Source: a virus
Lineage: Duplodnaviria > Heunggongvirae > Uroviricota > Caudoviricetes
IMG/VR virus record: IMGVR_UViG_2627853872_000003
Reading direction: 5' to 3' (one strand)
Length of the DNA: 64,000 bases
The notes beneath the pieces are model-generated. The model did no database searches. It worked only from the letters and a program-made list of their open reading frames with translations, and was not told the origin of the DNA. This document shows, piece by piece, positions 37,047 through 46,604 of this stretch. The translations under genes and the position numbers were made by a program. Each line of letters starts with the position of its first letter. Position 1 is the stretch's first letter.

Positions 37047-39016
37047 CAGTCACCGACTTGGCTCCCGCCGCAGATCAAGAGCAGATGGCTTTCCCTGTCG
37101 CAGCCCCTGCAACCAACGAGCCACGTGCACTGCGCGAGTATCAGATCGAAGCCGCCGACGCGGTATGCGCTGCCTACAACCGTGGCGTCGTGGGACCGGC
37201 GGTCGTGCTGCCGACCGGGACGGGAAAATCGACCGTCATCGCAGAGCTGGCGCGCCGTGAGGTGACCAACAGCGGCCGGGTGCTGCTGATGGCCCACCGC
37301 GACGAATTGATCAAGCAGATGGCCATTGCCGTCTCAGCGGTGAACCCGGCCGGCCCCGTCCCCTCGCTGATCGGAGGAGGCAATCGCGATGACCCAACTG
37401 CTCAGATTGTCTCGGCCACAGTGCAATCACTACAGACTGAGGCAGCCCTAGCCAGAATCGGACACCGCGACCTCGTCATCGTCGACGAGGCCCACCACGC
37501 GCCCGCCCGAACCTACCGCAAGGTGCTCGACCACTTCACTGCTCTGGGCGCGCGCCGTGCCGGATTCACCGCGACGATGATCCGCCACGCCCCGAGCAGG
37601 GACGAGCCCGCCTTGAGGACCATCTGGGAAGAGGTGGTTTTCGAGCGGGACATCAACTGGGCCATCGAAAACGGCTTCTTGATCGCGCCAGAAGGCGTGA
37701 CCGTTGAACTCCCGGAACTTGATGTCTCGAAGCTGTCCTCCGGTAGTGGCGGAGACATCTCCGACGAGGTCGCCGAAGAGGCGATGATGCGAGAGACCAC
37801 GCTAAACGCCACTGTCGAGGCGGTGTTGACACGCACCGAGGGCCGCTCGTCCATCGTCTTTGGCGCTTCGTTGTTGCACTGCGAGCAACTAGCCAAGTCC
37901 CTTGTCGAACAAGGCGTGTCCGCCGAAGTGGTCGTCGGAGAGACCAAAACCCGCGTCCGTAACGGCATTTACAACCGATTCCGACACGGGAGCACCCAGG
38001 TGCTGGTGACGGTCGACGTGCTCACTGAGGGAGCAGACTTCCCTCGCTGCGAAGCGGTCGTGCTGGCCAGACCGACGCGCAGCCAGTCCAGGCTTGTCCA
38101 ATGTGTAGGGCGCGCTCTCCGGCCACACACCTTCGAAGACGGAACCGTCAAAGACACCGCTCTCGTCGTGGACCTCGTGGGCGCCGGATCTCTCGGGCTG
38201 ATCGTCAAGACCCGCCTGGACCCCGAACACCGCGAGAAACCGGAGAGCGACGAAGACGGGTTCGGTTGCTTCTGCCAGCAGCCCTGCACAAGTGACGAGT
38301 GCGACTTCTCCTGCACGGGAATAGGTTGTGAATGCAACTGCACGTGTGCGAACGAGTCGTCTGAGTCAGGCCCAGCCAGCGACCCCGTGTCCAGTGTCCC
38401 CTGCACATGCACATGCACGCTGACCTTCGGACTCTGCCGTTGCGGTTGTGAATGCGACCTGCACCGAGTAGATCCGCTGCGGACTTTCGATCCGGTTACC
38501 GGCGACGTCCTAGCCGCCGGAAAACAGCGGCGAGGCGACTCCAGCTGGTCGCAGCGCACCTCCACCATCCGCTGGGTACACCACCCCCGCGGCCTCGTGC
38601 GCTCGGTGTACCGCGCCAACGGCCACAAAGGCGTACTGATGCTCGCCGATATGCGTGGTGTCACGGGGACCGTCGCGGGCCGTGATTGGGCCTTCGGATT
38701 CTTCGACAGCACGGTGCACCGCATGTTCTGGGTCGGCCTCGATGGGCAGTGGACCGAACCGGGCCCCAGGTGCTACCTGCAAGGGCTGAGCCTGGCAGAG
38801 GCAGACGCGCTGGCGCAGAATATCTTTCCCGATCACATGCGTGATCTCCCCCGCGCTAAGTCCTCCGATGCGCAGATCGACTTCGCGTCGCAATTGGGAG
38901 TCCCCGACGCCGGCCAGCTCGACCGCCGTGACCTCAGCGACCTGATCGCACTTGCCCAAGCCGAGAAGTGGCTCCCGGCCTTCCAGCGCCCCGGCGCCGT
39001 TGAAACCGCAGCTTGA
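37043..39016 (+). CDS. SF2 DEAH-box helicase with Cys-rich insertion
   Basis: Walker A VVLPTGTGKST. Motif II IVDEAHH. Motif VI-like VQCVGRALR. Unusual Cys-rich block GFGCFCQQPCTSDECDFSCTGIGCECNCTCAN...CTCTCTLTFGLCRCGCECD. Confidence 0.8.
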   Translation: MTVTDLAPAADQEQMAFPVAAPATNEPRALREYQIEAADAVCAAYNRGVVGPAVVLPTGTGKSTVIAELARREVTNSGRVLLMAHRDELIKQMAIAVSAVNPAGPVPSLIGGGNRDDPTAQIVSATVQSLQTEAALARIGHRDLVIVDEAHHAPARTYRKVLDHFTALGARRAGFTATMIRHAPSRDEPALRTIWEEVVFERDINWAIENGFLIAPEGVTVELPELDVSKLSSGSGGDISDEVAEEAMMRETTLNATVEAVLTRTEGRSSIVFGASLLHCEQLAKSLVEQGVSAEVVVGETKTRVRNGIYNRFRHGSTQVLVTVDVLTEGADFPRCEAVVLARPTRSQSRLVQCVGRALRPHTFEDGTVKDTALVVDLVGAGSLGLIVKTRLDPEHREKPESDEDGFGCFCQQPCTSDECDFSCTGIGCECNCTCANESSESGPASDPVSSVPCTCTCTLTFGLCRCGCECDLHRVDPLRTFDPVTGDVLAAGKQRRGDSSWSQRTSTIRWVHHPRGLVRSVYRANGHKGVLMLADMRGVTGTVAGRDWAFGFFDSTVHRMFWVGLDGQWTEPGPRCYLQGLSLAEADALAQNIFPDHMRDLPRAKSSDAQIDFASQLGVPDAGQLDRRDLSDLIALAQAEKWLPAFQRPGAVETAA

Positions 39017-39048
39017 CAGACCGACCACGAAACGCAGGAGGAGGACCG

Positions 39049-40044
39049 ATGTCGATGACGCAGGAAGTGCGTGACGAGTTGAGTCGCGCCACATCAATAC
39101 ACCAGGGGTGCAGGCGTGTTCAGGTCGCAGCTATCGTCCGACTCGCTGGTGAGCTTCGTGTCTCCCGTACCGGGCTGACGGTGCACATCGAGGTCGGCAC
39201 CGGTGCCGTCGCGCGGTACCTGCGCCGGGAAATCGCAGCGCTGTATGGCCACAAAGCAGTAGTGATCGTGAACAGCGAAACCGGATTGCGCCGTGGTGCC
39301 CGTTACACGGTGCGCGTGAGCGAAGGTGGGCGTGATCTCGCCCTACAGACTGGTCTCATCGACCTGCGCGGCCGGCCCGTCACCGGGCTACCCGCGATGG
39401 TGGTCGGCGGATCACCGGGCGAGGTCGCCGCAGCCTGGCGCGGCGCCTTCATGGTCGCTGGATCATTGATCGGACCGAGCCGATCCAGCGCGCTGGAGAT
39501 CAGCTGCCCCAACCCCGAAGTGGCATTCGCGCTGACCAGCTGCGCGCGCCGGCTGGGTGTTCAGTCGATGGTGCGCACGGCTCGTGGCATCGACCGTGTC
39601 GTGATTCACGACCATGACAGCATCGGAACGCTCTTGACCCGAATCGGTGCAGACGAGTCGCGCATCTCCTGGGAGAGGCGAATCGCTCAGCGCGCAATGC
39701 AGTCGACCGCAATCCGGCTGGTCAACCTCGATGACGCCAACGCGCGTAGATCAGCACGAGCAGCGGCAGCCACGGCGGCCAAGGTGAAGCAGGCACTAGC
39801 GATTTTGGGGGCAGAAGCACCCGAGCACCTGGTGCACACCGGACAGCTCCGCCTGGATCACCGCGAGGCATCTCTGGAAGAGCTTGGGCAGCTCGCCCAG
39901 CCGCCCATCACCAAAGACGCTGTCGCAGGCCGGTTGCGGCGGTTGCTCATCATGGCCGACCGCCGCGCCGCCGGAGAAGAGCAGGACGAGTTCGATTCAG
40001 AGCGCCCCGACGGTGGGGCCGTCCGACTCCTGGCAGGTGCGTAA
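39049..40044 (+). CDS. WhiA-like transcription regulator (paralog 1)
   Basis: ATG 39049 with CAGGAGGAGG RBS. C-terminal HTH region LDHREASLEELGQLAQPPITKDAVAGRLRRLL matches the WhiA C-terminal domain. Degenerate LAGLIDADG-like N-terminal domains. Confidence 0.65.
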   Translation: MSMTQEVRDELSRATSIHQGCRRVQVAAIVRLAGELRVSRTGLTVHIEVGTGAVARYLRREIAALYGHKAVVIVNSETGLRRGARYTVRVSEGGRDLALQTGLIDLRGRPVTGLPAMVVGGSPGEVAAAWRGAFMVAGSLIGPSRSSALEISCPNPEVAFALTSCARRLGVQSMVRTARGIDRVVIHDHDSIGTLLTRIGADESRISWERRIAQRAMQSTAIRLVNLDDANARRSARAAAATAAKVKQALAILGAEAPEHLVHTGQLRLDHREASLEELGQLAQPPITKDAVAGRLRRLLIMADRRAAGEEQDEFDSERPDGGAVRLLAGA

Positions 40045-40047
40045 TCC

Positions 40048-40290
40048 ATGGATACCACCGATGTGTGCACCTGCCCTGATGGCCGCAATCACGTGGACTG
40101 CCAAGAACATCGGTGTAGCGACATTCGCCAAGCCCTGGACACTCCCATCTGGATTGAGCTCGCCTGGGAGATGGACCTCAACTGGGCGGGCAATGCCGGT
40201 GAGTTGTTCTGGCAGCACGGCCGGATCGAGCTGTGGACGTTCGACCAGCCCCCAACCGAGAAAGCACAGGAGACTAAGCATGTTGAGTGA
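40048..40290 (+). CDS. Small Cys/His-containing hypothetical protein
   Basis: 80-aa ORF. Confidence 0.4.
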   Translation: MDTTDVCTCPDGRNHVDCQEHRCSDIRQALDTPIWIELAWEMDLNWAGNAGELFWQHGRIELWTFDQPPTEKAQETKHVE

Positions 40291-40549
40291 CTGGGAATCC
40301 CATAACATTCCACCTTTCAAGTTGCCTGATATGAGCCCGCGGCATGCGCCAGAGACCTTGTTTCGGCCGCACACGGTGAACGTTCAGCGCGATCAGGACG
40401 CAGAAGTCGTGATCGTCAGTATTTCCGGAAATCGACTGTTCAACGGAACACCGCATTTCGGCTGGCTCGACAAGTGGGAATGGGATCGCGATCGTGACCC
40501 TCGGGAGCCATGGATCGACGACCTTATCGCCGAGGTGGTGAATCGATGA
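40280..40549 (+). CDS. Hypothetical small protein
   Basis: 89 aa from ATG 40280. Confidence 0.4.
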   Translation: MLSDWESHNIPPFKLPDMSPRHAPETLFRPHTVNVQRDQDAEVVIVSISGNRLFNGTPHFGWLDKWEWDRDRDPREPWIDDLIAEVVNR

Positions 40550-40884
40550 GTCCACGAAGATGGCCCATTGCTATCGCGTTGGTTTGTGCGCTCACCGCCT
40601 GCGGCAATGGCCCCGCTGAAGGAAAGGTCGTAGACACCGAGTACAGCCCCGCGTGGACCCAGTACGTGCCGGGCACCCCGGGATCAACGACATGTAGTGG
40701 GAGCCCGCCACGCTGCAACACATATCCCGGCACGCCGCCACAGTGGATCCCCCACTCGGAATCTTGGCGCCTGAGATTGGACAACGGGAAAGAGATCGGC
40801 TGGCGTGAGGTTAGCCGCGAGGAATACGAGGCTTGCTCACGGGACGAGCACTACCCCGAATGCGCGAAGGGCGAGACTCGATGA
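40546..40884 (+). CDS. Putative lipoprotein
   Basis: MSPRRWPIAIALVCALTACGNG: signal peptide with a lipobox-like LTAC. Confidence 0.5.
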   Translation: MSPRRWPIAIALVCALTACGNGPAEGKVVDTEYSPAWTQYVPGTPGSTTCSGSPPRCNTYPGTPPQWIPHSESWRLRLDNGKEIGWREVSREEYEACSRDEHYPECAKGETR

Positions 40885-41195
40885 GCTGCCGATACGCGAC
40901 GAAGCACCTGTTTCTGACACGCGAACTCGCCCAGGCAGGCGCCCAGAATATCCGCGCGACAGTGGAATCCGCGGGCCGCACTTTCCAGACGCTCCACCCA
41001 TACAAGTGCCCCGACGACGCGGGGCACTGGCACCTTTCGCACTACCCGCAGGGCTTTGCCACCTGCTCATGGTGCCGACGTCGGGCGGAGGCTTGGTACG
41101 GCGGGAAGTTCTGGGTGATGGCCGCACACACCACCGACGCCGGGCCTTGCCTGGGCGTTGGCGGCATGGGCAGCGACGGAGGTGACTCCCTGTGA
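40881..41195 (+). CDS. Hypothetical Cys/His-containing protein
   Basis: 104 aa from ATG 40881. Confidence 0.4.
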   Translation: MSCRYATKHLFLTRELAQAGAQNIRATVESAGRTFQTLHPYKCPDDAGHWHLSHYPQGFATCSWCRRRAEAWYGGKFWVMAAHTTDAGPCLGVGGMGSDGGDSL

Positions 41196-41279
41196 GCGAT
41201 GCGCCGATGCCCCACCAGACCCTGTGCACGGGTCGCTTTCCTGCCTCGGGCCGTCAGCAGCCTGAGAGGAGCAAGTGAT

Positions 41280-41537
41280 ATGCGGCGAACCCCGTACCTG
41301 GCCACGCTGACCGAGAATGGCACCCAGATCGAGCATGCCGACGCCTATGCACACAACTCGGCTGTTCGTAAGTCTGAAGCTCTGGTACGCAAACACGCCC
41401 GCACCCGTGGGATCACATTGACCGGTGACAAGCCGACTCGTGACGGCACCGTGTACATGCGCCGCTGGCACGCATCAACCTGCGAAGTGATAGTCACAGT
41501 ACGGCCGAAGTCGCCTGTACCCGAGGAAACCCCATGA
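41280..41537 (+). CDS. Hypothetical small protein
   Basis: 85 aa from ATG 41280. Confidence 0.4.
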   Translation: MRRTPYLATLTENGTQIEHADAYAHNSAVRKSEALVRKHARTRGITLTGDKPTRDGTVYMRRWHASTCEVIVTVRPKSPVPEETP

Positions 41538-41851
41538 GCACCGCTGAGGTGCCCACGAGCATCGCCCAGCAGTACCCAGCGCGCACCGACACCAACGGAA
41601 ACACCTGGTACCGGCCAGTGCGCCCCAAGGGATTTGACTTCGATCAGTGGGGCTGGACGTCCGACCCCGCGCAGGCTGATCCGAGCTACGCAGCCGATGC
41701 GGCGTCCTGCACATTGACGGCGCCGGGCACTTCGTTGACGCCGGAGGACCGCGCTGCTGTCTTGGAGTTCCGGCAGTACCTCACCGGCGTGTCCCTCCCA
41801 TACTTGCCGGTTCTCGTCGACGTTCCCAGCCACACCACTGATCAGGGATAG
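41534..41851 (+). CDS. Hypothetical small protein
   Basis: 105-aa ORF. Start overlaps the previous stop. Confidence 0.4.
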   Translation: MSTAEVPTSIAQQYPARTDTNGNTWYRPVRPKGFDFDQWGWTSDPAQADPSYAADAASCTLTAPGTSLTPEDRAAVLEFRQYLTGVSLPYLPVLVDVPSHTTDQG

Positions 41852-41860
41852 GAGTATCCG

Positions 41861-42814
41861 GTGAATCCACTGACGCAACGGGTCAAATACGAATTGAATC
41901 GTGTACTTCCGTCGATCAGCGACAAGCCTTCGACCAGACGTGCGCAGGTCTCAGCGATGCTGCGCTTCGGCGGCGGGTTTTTCAGTGAGGGCCGCCGCTG
42001 CTGGATCGACGTCGAGCTCGATACGCGCGAAGCCGCGGTGTTCTTGCGCGACGAGATCACCAAGCTCTTCGACGCGGCGCCGCGCGCGTTCGAGCTATCG
42101 GCGGGAACCTTCAAGGTGCGCCAGATACATCGCGCCCACAACCTAGCGGCGCAGGTGGGCCTGCTCAGCCCATCGGGCCGGCCGGTACTGGGTATGTCGC
42201 CGGCGGTCGTGGCAGGCACACGCGCTGACGCGGCAGCCGCACTTCGCGGTGCGTTCTTGGCAAGCGGACAGATCATCACCCACGAGCTCCGCCGACCGCG
42301 CCTCGAGGTTGTGTGCCCGACTGCCCCAGCGGCGATGGCACTCGGTGGGTTCGCCCGCCGCCACGGAGTACAGAGTCAGATGCGCGAATACACCCGCGAC
42401 GGAGCATCTGTCGATGTATTCGAGATTCGCAAAACCCCGGAGATAGGTAGATTCCTCATAGCCGTGGGAGCACCCGAAGCTGCACACACCCTCATGAGCA
42501 CGCGCCGCGAATCGATGAGCGTCGAGAACCTCGAGGCTGCCAACAGATCCAGGTTCATCCAGGCGGCACACGACCAAGCCGAATCAGTGGGGCGTGCGCT
42601 CCGAATCCTCGGCGATGACGTGCCACCACAGCTGGCCGAGGCGGCGCGACTACGCCTGGAGAACCCGGAAGCCCGAATGAGCGAGCTTGCAGCCAACGCC
42701 GATCCACCGATCACCAAGGACGCCTACGCCGGCCGAATCTGGCGCCTGCTGCAGCGCGCGGAAGAGCGCGCGAGGGACTCGGCAGCAGTTTCCGACAATG
42801 CCGCCGTTCGATAG
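41861..42814 (+). CDS. WhiA-like transcription regulator (paralog 2)
   Basis: C-terminal LENPEARMSELAANADPPITKDAYAGRIWRLLQRAE mirrors the WhiA HTH domain of paralog 1. Same overall architecture. Confidence 0.65.
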   Translation: MNPLTQRVKYELNRVLPSISDKPSTRRAQVSAMLRFGGGFFSEGRRCWIDVELDTREAAVFLRDEITKLFDAAPRAFELSAGTFKVRQIHRAHNLAAQVGLLSPSGRPVLGMSPAVVAGTRADAAAALRGAFLASGQIITHELRRPRLEVVCPTAPAAMALGGFARRHGVQSQMREYTRDGASVDVFEIRKTPEIGRFLIAVGAPEAAHTLMSTRRESMSVENLEAANRSRFIQAAHDQAESVGRALRILGDDVPPQLAEAARLRLENPEARMSELAANADPPITKDAYAGRIWRLLQRAEERARDSAAVSDNAAVR

Positions 42815-42836
42815 ACCGCCACCATCACGAGTGATA

Positions 42837-42853
42837 TTCTCTATTTTAGAGAA
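42837..42853. promoter_or_regulatory. 17-bp palindrome TTCTCTATTTTAGAGAA (copy 4)
   Basis: Exact copy. 23 bp after the WhiA-2 stop and 23 bp upstream of ATG 42876 (RBS AAAGGGG). Confidence 0.7.
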
Positions 42854-42875
42854 TAAGCGAAAGGGGCACGCCTGC

Positions 42876-43718
42876 ATGCCAGCAATCACACCGCTACAGG
42901 GGCCGATGACTCTGGCGGCTCAAACCATCGCTGACAGCGTCTCCGCGAGGTTCGCGGGAAGCCCGACCCGGTTCTACCCGTCGATCGAGCGTGACCCCAA
43001 AGAACCATACTCGGCGGCCATCGCACAGAGCTCAGATCTAACCTGGCGCAAAGGTCGTGGAAAGTCCCGCAAGGGATTCGGTCTCTGGATTCGCCCCAGA
43101 ACCGCACCCACGATGAAAGCCGTGCCTACCCGCATCTGCGAAAACATCGCTGCCTGCGCCGCACTTGGACTGAGCTACTGGAGCGAAGCGCCGGATCATG
43201 GGGCGTTGTGGGCGTTAGACACCGAGACCGTCATTCACATGGTGATGATCACTCGTCATTCGAATACCGCGAAGCACATCTGCGGCACCGACAAGGCGCT
43301 GCGCTACGGGGACACTCGCAGGCGTTGCACCGGTACTGGCGAAAGCGCCGAGTACGCGGCTACACCTGACGACGAAGGATTATGGGCGCTCGCCGATTTT
43401 CGACCCACCCCAGGTGCCTTCATTGGCACGGTCGACGCACCCGCACAACGGGACCCGCGGAAGGCGGTGAAACTCAAAATCGACCAACAGTTGCTGCTGT
43501 TCGTTGCTGCTCAGATCCGCGAAAACAACAGCGCCATCACCGCCCTTGATGCGGAGATACTTGCCGCTCTGTACTCGACCCGTCAGTATTCGAGCTCCTT
43601 AACACTCAGCGTCTCGGTCGCACGCGACCTCATGCCACTCATCGAAGCTGAGATCAAGCGCCGAGCCGAGGCCGCCAATGAATGCGCCACCAACATGCGA
43701 GAGGCTGCCATAGCATGA
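42876..43718 (+). CDS. Hypothetical protein
   Basis: 280 aa. First gene after motif copy 4. Confidence 0.5.
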   Translation: MPAITPLQGPMTLAAQTIADSVSARFAGSPTRFYPSIERDPKEPYSAAIAQSSDLTWRKGRGKSRKGFGLWIRPRTAPTMKAVPTRICENIAACAALGLSYWSEAPDHGALWALDTETVIHMVMITRHSNTAKHICGTDKALRYGDTRRRCTGTGESAEYAATPDDEGLWALADFRPTPGAFIGTVDAPAQRDPRKAVKLKIDQQLLLFVAAQIRENNSAITALDAEILAALYSTRQYSSSLTLSVSVARDLMPLIEAEIKRRAEAANECATNMREAAIA

Positions 43719-44350
43719 GCTACTATCCCGATCGAATGAAACTGCGGCCCTTGGAGAATTGGCCTGGAACGTTTCCAAGCCTGCACATCCGCTCCCCTTT
43801 CTCGGCGCCACTGCGGACGACACTCGAAGAGCTCGACCGTGAGTTATCGTTCCTCGGCTCGGACGGCTCGAACGCCCCGTCTGTACTTGAGCTGGCTCTC
43901 AGAGAGGGGGATTTTCGTATCGACGGCTTGCCTCGCGCTGATGCGCGGGTGCAGCACCCGGGCGTGATTCTGCGTATCGAGTCGCGCTTCGGCCCTCTGT
44001 CGTATCCCGCGGCGAAGTTCGCGACATGGCAAGACAACCTGCGCGCGATCACCCTGGGGCTCAATGGGCTCCGGCGTCTCGATCGCTATGGAATCACTCC
44101 AGGAAGCGAGCAGTACACCGGGTGGAAGCAGCTTCCGCCTGCTGGCCGGTCGAGTGTGACGACGCCCAGCGCGGATGACGCCGAGAAGTTCCTGCGCGAT
44201 CTCACAGGAAACTACGACGCACCACTGGACAAGGTGTACCGAACCTCACGGCGTGAAATGCATCCTGACCGCCACGATAACGACCAGGAGATGTGGGACA
44301 GGGTCGAGGCGGCTGGCGACGTTCTGCGACGCGCCGGACGCCTGGCGTGA
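43715..44350 (+). CDS. J-domain (DnaJ-like) protein
   Basis: C-terminal LDKVYRTSRREMHPDRHDNDQEMWDRVEAAGDVL contains the HPD tripeptide in J-domain context. Confidence 0.6.
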   Translation: MSYYPDRMKLRPLENWPGTFPSLHIRSPFSAPLRTTLEELDRELSFLGSDGSNAPSVLELALREGDFRIDGLPRADARVQHPGVILRIESRFGPLSYPAAKFATWQDNLRAITLGLNGLRRLDRYGITPGSEQYTGWKQLPPAGRSSVTTPSADDAEKFLRDLTGNYDAPLDKVYRTSRREMHPDRHDNDQEMWDRVEAAGDVLRRAGRLA

Positions 44351-44446
44351 GATTCCGGAATCCCGCAACCAACCGATACCTGTTGATACTCCCTCCACCG
44401 TCGGCCCCGTGTTATCGCCAACAGCATCGAAAGGACTCGAGCAGCC

Positions 44447-44788
44447 TTGAACGACAAAGAGGCACTACCCATCGGCACCGAAGTGGTCGTATACGGACGA
44501 TCACTCCAACTCGGCATCATTGAGAGCGGTCCAGAAGAGAATCTGTTGGGAAACGTCGCATACCGGATCCGTTGCGAGAACGGCGAGATCCTCAGACGCG
44601 CACCGTCGATTGTCGTGCGACGCACCGACTTCGCCACCAGCTGGCATGTCTGGAAAGCCGACCAGGTCGTCGCCGGCGGCCCAGAAATCTCACGCGAACG
44701 AATGGACCAGTATGCCGCTGAGCACGGTGGAGAGGTCCTCTACGGCTGGCCAGAAGGTCATCCGGAAGCGCAGACACCGGCGCAGTGA
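44447..44788 (+). CDS. Hypothetical protein
   Basis: 113-aa ORF with TTG start. Confidence 0.45.
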   Translation: MNDKEALPIGTEVVVYGRSLQLGIIESGPEENLLGNVAYRIRCENGEILRRAPSIVVRRTDFATSWHVWKADQVVAGGPEISRERMDQYAAEHGGEVLYGWPEGHPEAQTPAQ

Positions 44789-44810
44789 ACTGAAAGGACT
44801 ATGAACCACC

Positions 44811-45878
44811 GTGAGTGACAAGACCATTGCGCGCATCGCCGCACTGCTGAACAAAGCGGACAACACCGACAACGAGCACGAGGCCGACGCGTTCCTCAAG
44901 GCCGCACAGCGCATCGCCACGCTCGAATCGATCGACCTGGCCAAAGCACGGGCACACACTCGGTCCAAGGAATCAACGACGCCGGAGCAGCGGGAGATTG
45001 TCATAGGAGGGCGCCGCCAGCGAGGCTTGACCACACTCATCGAGCTGTTCTTGGAGATCGCTGCGGCCAACGATGTGCGCGTAGCCGTGGCACACAACAA
45101 CACGCGGGTCTACGCCCACGGGTACCGCGATGACATCGACGTGGTGCAGGCCCTGTACGTTCGCCTGCTCCCACAGATGGCCGCGGCTAGCCACGCGTTC
45201 CTGGCGCGCGGGGACTACCAGCGCGAGGAAGTGCCATATTCCGTTCGGGTTCGCGATCGTGGCACCGGCGCCCAGGTCTGGGAAACGCGCTACAAGCCGA
45301 TGGCCACCATCACCGCGCGGCTGGAATTCCAAGCGGGTTTTGCACGGCGCATCGGCCGGCGGCTCTGGGAAGCCCGACGCGACGCCGAGGCTGAGTCTCG
45401 CGCGACCGATCCCATCGACCCTGGACAAGGTGCATCCACAGAGCTGGTTCTGGCAGACAAGCGCAAGGCAGTGGCGGACTACTACAAGAAGTACTCGAAC
45501 ACCGGTCGGCGAACACACCGTGGATACCGCCCCAATACCGTGAGCTTCGTCAGTCGCGACGCCGGCCAGATCCGGGTGAGATTCCCAGCCGCTGTCGGGA
45601 TCGGCACCGCGGATCCGCCATGGCGTGAACACGTTTTGTGCCGGCTGCGAAGCATCACCTTCCTGATCGCGGGCCGTCACTGCCCCTTCGGCGTCGCTGA
45701 TCTCGACGTGCCAGAGCCGAATGTCTTTGAGGGGCTCACTGGGTTGTCCTTCCCAGCCGGGCAGGGTCGTCACCGGGCTGTATCTATCGCCGTCATCACG
45801 AAACATCTTGTACAACCCATCGCACACGTAGGCCTGCCACCCTCCGGGAACTTTCTTCAACGACTGGATGTGAAGTAA
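44811..45878 (+). CDS. DUF2786-type N-terminal domain protein (3' extent uncertain)
   Basis: N-terminal IARIAALLNKADNTDNEHEADAFLKAAQRIA is a phage-common DUF2786 signature. GC3 is about 83% in the first 150 nt but falls to about 55% near 45420-45480. The long antiparallel overlap with 44973-46313 is unresolved. Confidence 0.5.
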   Translation: MSDKTIARIAALLNKADNTDNEHEADAFLKAAQRIATLESIDLAKARAHTRSKESTTPEQREIVIGGRRQRGLTTLIELFLEIAAANDVRVAVAHNNTRVYAHGYRDDIDVVQALYVRLLPQMAAASHAFLARGDYQREEVPYSVRVRDRGTGAQVWETRYKPMATITARLEFQAGFARRIGRRLWEARRDAEAESRATDPIDPGQGASTELVLADKRKAVADYYKKYSNTGRRTHRGYRPNTVSFVSRDAGQIRVRFPAAVGIGTADPPWREHVLCRLRSITFLIAGRHCPFGVADLDVPEPNVFEGLTGLSFPAGQGRHRAVSIAVITKHLVQPIAHVGLPPSGNFLQRLDVK

Positions 45879-46313
45879 CTCATTGCCGTAGAAGCGTTTT
45901 GAGGTGTATCGCTGTTGATCACTTCGATAGATATCGCCGTAGGATTCGTCCAATGTCGGCCGTGTGCTGGTCAGCATGTACGGCGGGACCTCGCGGGGCT
46001 GTATGAAATTTTCGTAGGTGAGCTCTTGGTTCTCCGGAACTGCCGCCTCAAACCCAGGGTATGCCGCGCCCATGTTCGACTCCATCAGCACAACGCGCCA
46101 GGACTCCACATACGCACGTAACGGCACCGCGGGCCCGGACGCAAGGTCTATCCCCGGCTCGGCTGTCCACCGGAATTGGAAATCGGCCAGATTCGCCCGC
46201 CAGTCCAACGGTGTATCGGGTAGCTGTCCGGGGGTTCGCCACAGCGGCACGCTCCCCACCAGAGCGGCGGCCAGCAGCGCAGCTGCCGCACCTCCAAACA
46301 CCGTCCTGATCAT
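44973..46313 (-). CDS. Putative secreted protein (only the N-terminal ~215 aa look genuine; conflicts with the plus-strand ORF)
   Basis: Signal-peptide-like MIRTVFGGAAAALLAAALVGS and protein-like composition to about 45650. Minus-frame GC3 is about 75% at 46200-46260 and at 45420-45480. No in-frame stop before 44973. Confidence 0.3.
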   Translation of the reverse strand: MIRTVFGGAAAALLAAALVGSVPLWRTPGQLPDTPLDWRANLADFQFRWTAEPGIDLASGPAVPLRAYVESWRVVLMESNMGAAYPGFEAAVPENQELTYENFIQPREVPPYMLTSTRPTLDESYGDIYRSDQQRYTSKRFYGNELLHIQSLKKVPGGWQAYVCDGLYKMFRDDGDRYSPVTTLPGWEGQPSEPLKDIRLWHVEISDAEGAVTARDQEGDASQPAQNVFTPWRIRGADPDSGWESHPDLAGVATDEAHGIGAVSTVCSPTGVRVLLVVVRHCLALVCQNQLCGCTLSRVDGIGRARLSLGVASGFPEPPADAPCKTRLEFQPRGDGGHRLVARFPDLGAGATIANPNGIWHFLALVVPARQERVASRGHLWEQANVQGLHHVDVIAVPVGVDPRVVVCHGYAHIVGRSDLQEQLDECGQASLAAPSYDNLPLLRRR

Positions 46314-46604
46314 GCACTCCCCCTCTACGCATTGGGAATGGCCCCTAATACCCGTCCCAAACCGCTCGCGCTGATCCTATCCTCGCCTTCACGACGCAGA
46401 ACAGGGCCACTCAGCGCCCGGTCTTCCTCTAGTCGGTGATCAGTCGGAGGTGCCGACCGTCATGCCCCTCACAACGCGCAAGCAGCGCGATCGCGTCGTC
46501 GCGGAGGCTGCGGCCAACCGGCGACAGCAGGCGTGGATCGCGCGCGGCAAGGCGCCGCGCTGACGCGAGCATTTGCGCCTCCAGCCAATGTGCGTCCTTG
46601 GCAC

